Assembly (NCBI GenBank): GCA_963727505.1
Contig: CAVSGP010000004.1
Coordinates: 608,001 to 672,000, forward strand
Reading direction: 5' to 3'
DNA from: an uncultured Trueperaceae bacterium
GTDB lineage: Bacteria; Deinococcota; Deinococci; Deinococcales; Trueperaceae
Length of the DNA: 64,000 nt
The translations under genes and the position numbers were made by a program. Positions within the stretch are counted from its first letter, which is position 1. The number at the start of each line of letters is the position of its first letter. The notes below the pieces were generated by a model, which did not search any database, was not told the DNA's origin, and was given only the letters and a program-made list of their open reading frames with translations. Below are positions 58,265 through 64,000 of the stretch, piece after piece.

Positions 58265-58553
58265 GTTCACGTCCTCCGTCGCGTCGTTCTGGCGTTGACG
58301 TCGCGTTCATCTCCAGGGCCGCGCGCCGCTCCGTGGGGTGCTCCTCGCATGCTCCCGTGCGGTGCTAGCGCGAACCCAAACACTCGATAGTAGCACACCC
58401 CTCGCCCACCCTTCCAGGTGCCCGCCCTCCGAGACCCCCCGCACCGCCCTCCGGGAGCGCGTCCGCACGCGCCACACGGCATGATCGTGACGCCGCCCAA
58501 CCCGCGCCCCGCGGCGTCGCACGCGGGACCGCATCAGCCCATAGAATGCCCGC

Positions 58554-59087
58554 ATGACGCGCGACGAACTGGCCGCCCACATCCACCGCCGCTCGCTGCT
58601 GCACGGCCACTTCGTGCTGCGCTCGGGCGCCACCAGTGACCGCTACTTCGACAAGTACCTCTTCGAGTCCGACCCCCGGCTGCTCCGGGCGATCGCCGAG
58701 GCCATGGCTCCGCTGGTGCCGAGCGGGATCGACGCCATCGCCGGGCTCGAGCTCGGCGGCGTCCCACTGGCAGCCATGCTCTCCCAGCTCACGGGCCTGC
58801 CCACCCGGTTCGTGCGCAAGCAGGCCAAGGAGTACGGCACGTGCCGCCTGGCAGAGGGGGGCGACATCGAGGGCCAGCGCCTGCTGGTGGTCGAAGACGT
58901 CATCACCTCGGGCGGCCAGGTGGTGCTCTCCACCCGGGATCTCCGCGCCCTCGGGGCGAGCGTCGAGCATGCGCTGTGCGTCATCGACCGGGAAGCCGGC
59001 GGCACGGCCCACCTGGAGGAGGCCGGCGTCCAGCTCACCCCCCTGTTCACCATGAGCGCCCTGGAGAGCGCCGCGGGCAGCGCCTGA
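58554..59087 (+). CDS. pyrE: Orotate phosphoribosyltransferase
   Basis: G.F.LRSG..S..YFDK, VRKQAK.YG and VEDVITSG motifs. Confidence 0.92.
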   Translation: MTRDELAAHIHRRSLLHGHFVLRSGATSDRYFDKYLFESDPRLLRAIAEAMAPLVPSGIDAIAGLELGGVPLAAMLSQLTGLPTRFVRKQAKEYGTCRLAEGGDIEGQRLLVVEDVITSGGQVVLSTRDLRALGASVEHALCVIDREAGGTAHLEEAGVQLTPLFTMSALESAAGSA

Positions 59088-59126
59088 GCGCGGGGATCGC
59101 GGCGACCGGAGCGCTACCATCGGCCC

Positions 59127-59489
59127 ATGGCAGATTCCGAGCGTTCCACCGACACCCTGTTCGAACGGATCGTGCGCCGCGAGATCCCGGCCGACATCGT
59201 CTACCAGGACGATCGCGTCACCGCCTTCCGCGACATCCGACCGCAGGCGCCCGTACACGTGCTGATCGTTCCCAACGAGCGCATTCCTACCGCCGCCGAC
59301 GTCACCGACGACGACGAAGGGGTGCTCGGGCACCTGCTGGTGGTGGCCGCACAGGTGGCCGAGCAGGAGGGGCTGCACAAGGGCTACCGCCTGCTGGTGA
59401 ACTGCAAGGAGCACGGCCACCAGGAGGTCTACCACCTCCATGTCCACCTGCTCGGCGGGCGGCCGCTCGGACCCATGCTCTGCCACTGA
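59127..59489 (+). CDS. HIT family nucleotide-binding protein
   Basis: AFRDI.PQAP.H and HLHVH motifs. Confidence 0.94.
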   Translation: MADSERSTDTLFERIVRREIPADIVYQDDRVTAFRDIRPQAPVHVLIVPNERIPTAADVTDDDEGVLGHLLVVAAQVAEQEGLHKGYRLLVNCKEHGHQEVYHLHVHLLGGRPLGPMLCH

Positions 59490-59542
59490 GGCGGCGACCT
59501 GCGACACGCCGGGCGCCCGCCGGCGCATGCTAGCTTCGAGGC

Positions 59543-60151
59543 ATGCATGGCCTCGCGCTCGTCGGACACGCGCTCACCCTCGACCGCCAGGCCTTCGTCC
59601 TGCTCGACCAGGGCGCGGCAGGGCTCCGGCTATCGCTGGCGGTGGTGTTCGTGGCGGGTGTCTCCGCCGCTGCCGGTCAGAGCGTGGCGCTGTTCGTCAA
59701 CCGCGTCGCGCCGCGCCGCTTCGTGCTCAGCCTGCTGCTCTCGGGCGCGGTGTACACGCTGGCCTACCTGTTCTGGTCGACGTCGCTATGGCTCATCGCG
59801 GTGCACGTCTTCGGTCACCCTCGTCCCTACCTCAACGCGCTACGCACCGTGGGGCTGGCGTACAGCCCGCAACTCTTCGGGTTCCTGGTGCTGACCCCCT
59901 ACTTCGGGTCCTTCATCTCCGCCGCCCTGTCGGTGTGGAACCTGCTCGCCATCGTCGTGGCCACCCGCGCAGTGTTCCACCTCACGACGCTCGAGGGGGC
60001 GGCGAGCGCGGCGCTCGGTTGGATCCTGCTGCAGCTCCTGCAGCGCACGATCGGCCGGCCCGTGCTCGGCCTCGGGCGGCGCTTGCGCGTCGCCGTCGCC
60101 GGGCGGCGCCTCATCTCCTTCGACGAAGCGCTCGAGGAGGGCGAGGCTTAG
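59543..60151 (+). CDS. Yip1-like membrane protein
   Basis: About 5 TM segments; GQSV.LF.NRV and LAYSPQL. Confidence 0.65.
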   Translation: MHGLALVGHALTLDRQAFVLLDQGAAGLRLSLAVVFVAGVSAAAGQSVALFVNRVAPRRFVLSLLLSGAVYTLAYLFWSTSLWLIAVHVFGHPRPYLNALRTVGLAYSPQLFGFLVLTPYFGSFISAALSVWNLLAIVVATRAVFHLTTLEGAASAALGWILLQLLQRTIGRPVLGLGRRLRVAVAGRRLISFDEALEEGEA

Positions 60152-60152
60152 C

Positions 60153-61115
60153 ATGCATCTGCTCGACATCTGGATGCTCGTGGGCGTGGCGTTCCTGGCG
60201 CTGCTGCTGGCGGGCGCCCTGGCGCCGCTCGAGGCGCTCGGCTGGTGGGCGGGCTGGTACGGGCGCCGCTCCGAGGAGCAAACCGTGCACCCCGCAAGCA
60301 CCGCGGCGACGCCGCAGCACTTCATCGTCTTCCTATCGGGGATCCATAGTGTCGCCGAGCACGCCTTCGCCCGGCGCGAAGTGGTGCTCTTGGAGCGACT
60401 GCAGGGGCGCCTCCCCGCCAGCAAGATCCTCGAGGTCTTCCCCTACTCGGTGACCAACAATGCCCTGACCGGGCAACGTGCCTTCGCGCGCTTCTGGCGC
60501 TGGGCGCTGCGCATGAAGCTCAGCCGTCGCGTGCTGGCCAACATGGCCGGCATGCTCATCAATCTGCGCAACCTCTGGCAGGTCGGGGTATCGGCCGACC
60601 GGCGTTACGGACCGATCTACAACCATGGCAGCGCCGACCTCATCACCGAGGCGCTGCTGGCGGCGGGCTACATCCCCGCCAGCGGCACGCGCGTCACGCT
60701 CGTCGGCTACAGCGGCGGCGGGCAGATCGCGCTGGGCGCGGCGGGGCACTTGGACGACATCCTGGGGACCCCCGTCGACGTGATCGCGCTGGGCGGCGTG
60801 ATGGCGTCGGACCCTGCCGTCCTGCAGGTGAGGCATCTCTACGACCTCCACGGCGATCGCGACGACATCCAGCGCGCCTCAATCGTGATGTTCGCCGGCC
60901 GCTGGCCGCTCCTGCGCTACTCCCCCTGGAACCAGGCCCGGGGGAAGGGGCTGATCACGTCCGTGCGCCTCGGCCCGATGAAGCACACCGGTCGCGACGG
61001 CTACCTCTCCACCACCGCCGCGCTCTCCGATGGCCGCAGCTACCTCGACGCCACCGTCGACGCCATCGCGGGAATCGTCGAGCACGGCAACGACGCCGCA
61101 GGGGCGGCCGCCTGA
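60153..61115 (+). CDS. Membrane-anchored alpha/beta-hydrolase-like protein
   Basis: GYSGG nucleophile elbow with candidate Asp (GDRD) and His (MKH). Confidence 0.65.
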   Translation: MHLLDIWMLVGVAFLALLLAGALAPLEALGWWAGWYGRRSEEQTVHPASTAATPQHFIVFLSGIHSVAEHAFARREVVLLERLQGRLPASKILEVFPYSVTNNALTGQRAFARFWRWALRMKLSRRVLANMAGMLINLRNLWQVGVSADRRYGPIYNHGSADLITEALLAAGYIPASGTRVTLVGYSGGGQIALGAAGHLDDILGTPVDVIALGGVMASDPAVLQVRHLYDLHGDRDDIQRASIVMFAGRWPLLRYSPWNQARGKGLITSVRLGPMKHTGRDGYLSTTAALSDGRSYLDATVDAIAGIVEHGNDAAGAAA

Positions 61116-61143
61116 CGCCTGGACGTGCGCCCGCCCCCTCGCC

Positions 61144-62676
<1,533 letters not shown>

Positions 62677-62759
62677 GCCGCGATGATAACGGAGGCGACG
62701 CTCCGAACCGCGCGGCGCGAGGCCCCCGAGCGCGGTCGGGGCGGCGTTAGACTGATCCC

Positions 62760-64000
62760 ATGAGGCTCTACAGCGCAGCGCAGATGCGCTCGGCCGACGC
62801 CGCTGCGGCGGAGGCCGGCATGCCGACCCAGCTGCTGATGGAGGCCGCCGGACGCGCCGTGGCCGAGGCCACGCGGGAGCGCTTCCCGGCGGCAAGGCGC
62901 GCGCTGGTGCTCTGCGGCAAGGGCAACAACGGCGGGGACGGCTACGTTGCCGCCCGCTTCCTGCAGGGCGCCGGTTGCGCCGTCGAGGTGCTGGAGATGG
63001 CGCCCGAGCCCTCCGGCGAGGACGCTGCCGCGGCGCGGCGCGCGCTCGACGCCCACGGCGTCAAGCCGGCTCCCCTCGACGCCCACCGCCTGACCGCAGC
63101 GCTCGAGCGCTGCGATGTGGTGGTCGATGCGTTGCTCGGCAGCGGCCTGGACCGCCCCCTGCACGGCACCCTGCAGGCGTGGGTCGAACAGGTGGCGGCG
63201 AGCGCCCTCCCGGTGGTGGCGGTCGACGTGCCGACCGGTGTGTCCGCCGACGCGACGATGCCCCCCGGGCCGCACCTGAACGCCGCCTTGACCGTTCAGC
63301 TCGCCGGGGCCAAGCTCGCCAGCGCCTTCTATCCGGCGCGCAGCGCGTTCGGTGACGCCGTGGTGGTCGATATCGGCATCCCGCGGCAGGTGCTCGAGCA
63401 GGCGTCGTCCGTGACGCTGCTCGACGCCGACTGCGTGGCGCGGTGGCTTCCGACACGTTCTCCGGACGCCCACAAGTACACCGCGGGCACGGTGCTGGTG
63501 GTGGCGGGTTCCGAGCGCTACCTGGGCGCCGCCGAGCTGGCGTGCCGCGCCGCCTACCGCGGCGGCGCCGGCCTGGTGACGCTGGCCGCAGCGGACCGCG
63601 CGCCCGCCGGCTGGCCCGAGGTGGTGTTCGAACCGCTGCGCTGGGCGGATGCGTCCCCGCTCGATGCCCTCGAGGCCCTCGACCCGAAGCGGGCGCAGGT
63701 GGCGGTGGTCGGGCCGGGGCTCGATCCCGCGGCGGGGCCCTGGCTGCCCCTGCTGCTGGCGCGGCTGGAGGGCAGCGTGGTACTCGATGCCGGTGCGCTC
63801 GAGCCCGGCGCCGAGTTGCAGGACGCGGTGCGCGCCCACGGCCGGGCCGTCCTCACGCCGCACGTCGGCGAGGCCGCACGGCTGCTGGCGAGCTCGACCG
63901 GGGCGGTGCTGGCCGACCCGCTGGCCGCGGCGGCGACCCTCGCCGAACGCTATGCCGCCGTCACCGTGGTGAAGGGGGCGAGCACGGTCGTGGCCGCGCC
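62760..64000 (+). CDS. nnr: Bifunctional NAD(P)HX epimerase/dehydratase (runs off the window)
   Basis: [29 protein letters not shown] and LTPH.GE motifs. Confidence 0.92.
   Translation, partial: MRLYSAAQMRSADAAAAEAGMPTQLLMEAAGRAVAEATRERFPAARRALVLCGKGNNGGDGYVAARFLQGAGCAVEVLEMAPEPSGEDAAAARRALDAHGVKPAPLDAHRLTAALERCDVVVDALLGSGLDRPLHGTLQAWVEQVAASALPVVAVDVPTGVSADATMPPGPHLNAALTVQLAGAKLASAFYPARSAFGDAVVVDIGIPRQVLEQASSVTLLDADCVARWLPTRSPDAHKYTAGTVLVVAGSERYLGAAELACRAAYRGGAGLVTLAAADRAPAGWPEVVFEPLRWADASPLDALEALDPKRAQVAVVGPGLDPAAGPWLPLLLARLEGSVVLDAGALEPGAELQDAVRAHGRAVLTPHVGEAARLLASSTGAVLADPLAAAATLAERYAAVTVVKGASTVVAA

Overview
High-GC bacterial chromosomal window. It is very probably from Deinococcota (Truepera/Deinococcales-like), inferred from the Taq-like PolA, TmpR-type SDR, YpdA-family reductase, lineage-type L28 and HflX, and pervasive TANNNT-N5-7-start leaderless promoters. 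Most of it is housekeeping: trpEG(GT2)D, fabI, polA, glmM, three tRNAs (Ser-TGA, Ser-GCT, Arg-ACG), rpsT, a DEAD-box helicase, pilC, nth, DHH-CBS tRNA nucleotidyltransferase, acyl-CoA genes, hflX, a UbiD-family decarboxylase, metal ABC genes, rpmB, pyrE, MCM and nnr. I saw no transposase, prophage or CRISPR array. The most notable items are: (1) a stand-alone secreted cupredoxin with a CuA-like C-x3-C-x4-H-x2-M motif, divergent from two SCO paralogues, one of which has no Cu ligands; (2) hflX apparently starting at a non-canonical AUC codon behind a structured leader with a leaderless uORF; (3) an unannotated leaderless two-Trp leader peptide upstream of trpE, and a glycosyltransferase inside the trp operon; (4) three coupled roadblock/LC7 genes with no GTPase and an exact 62-bp duplication that creates a coupled 21-aa mini-ORF, next to DUF3467, DsbA, PP2C and kinase genes; (5) two apparent pseudo-enzymes. 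All product calls come from motif recognition by eye; no database search was run.
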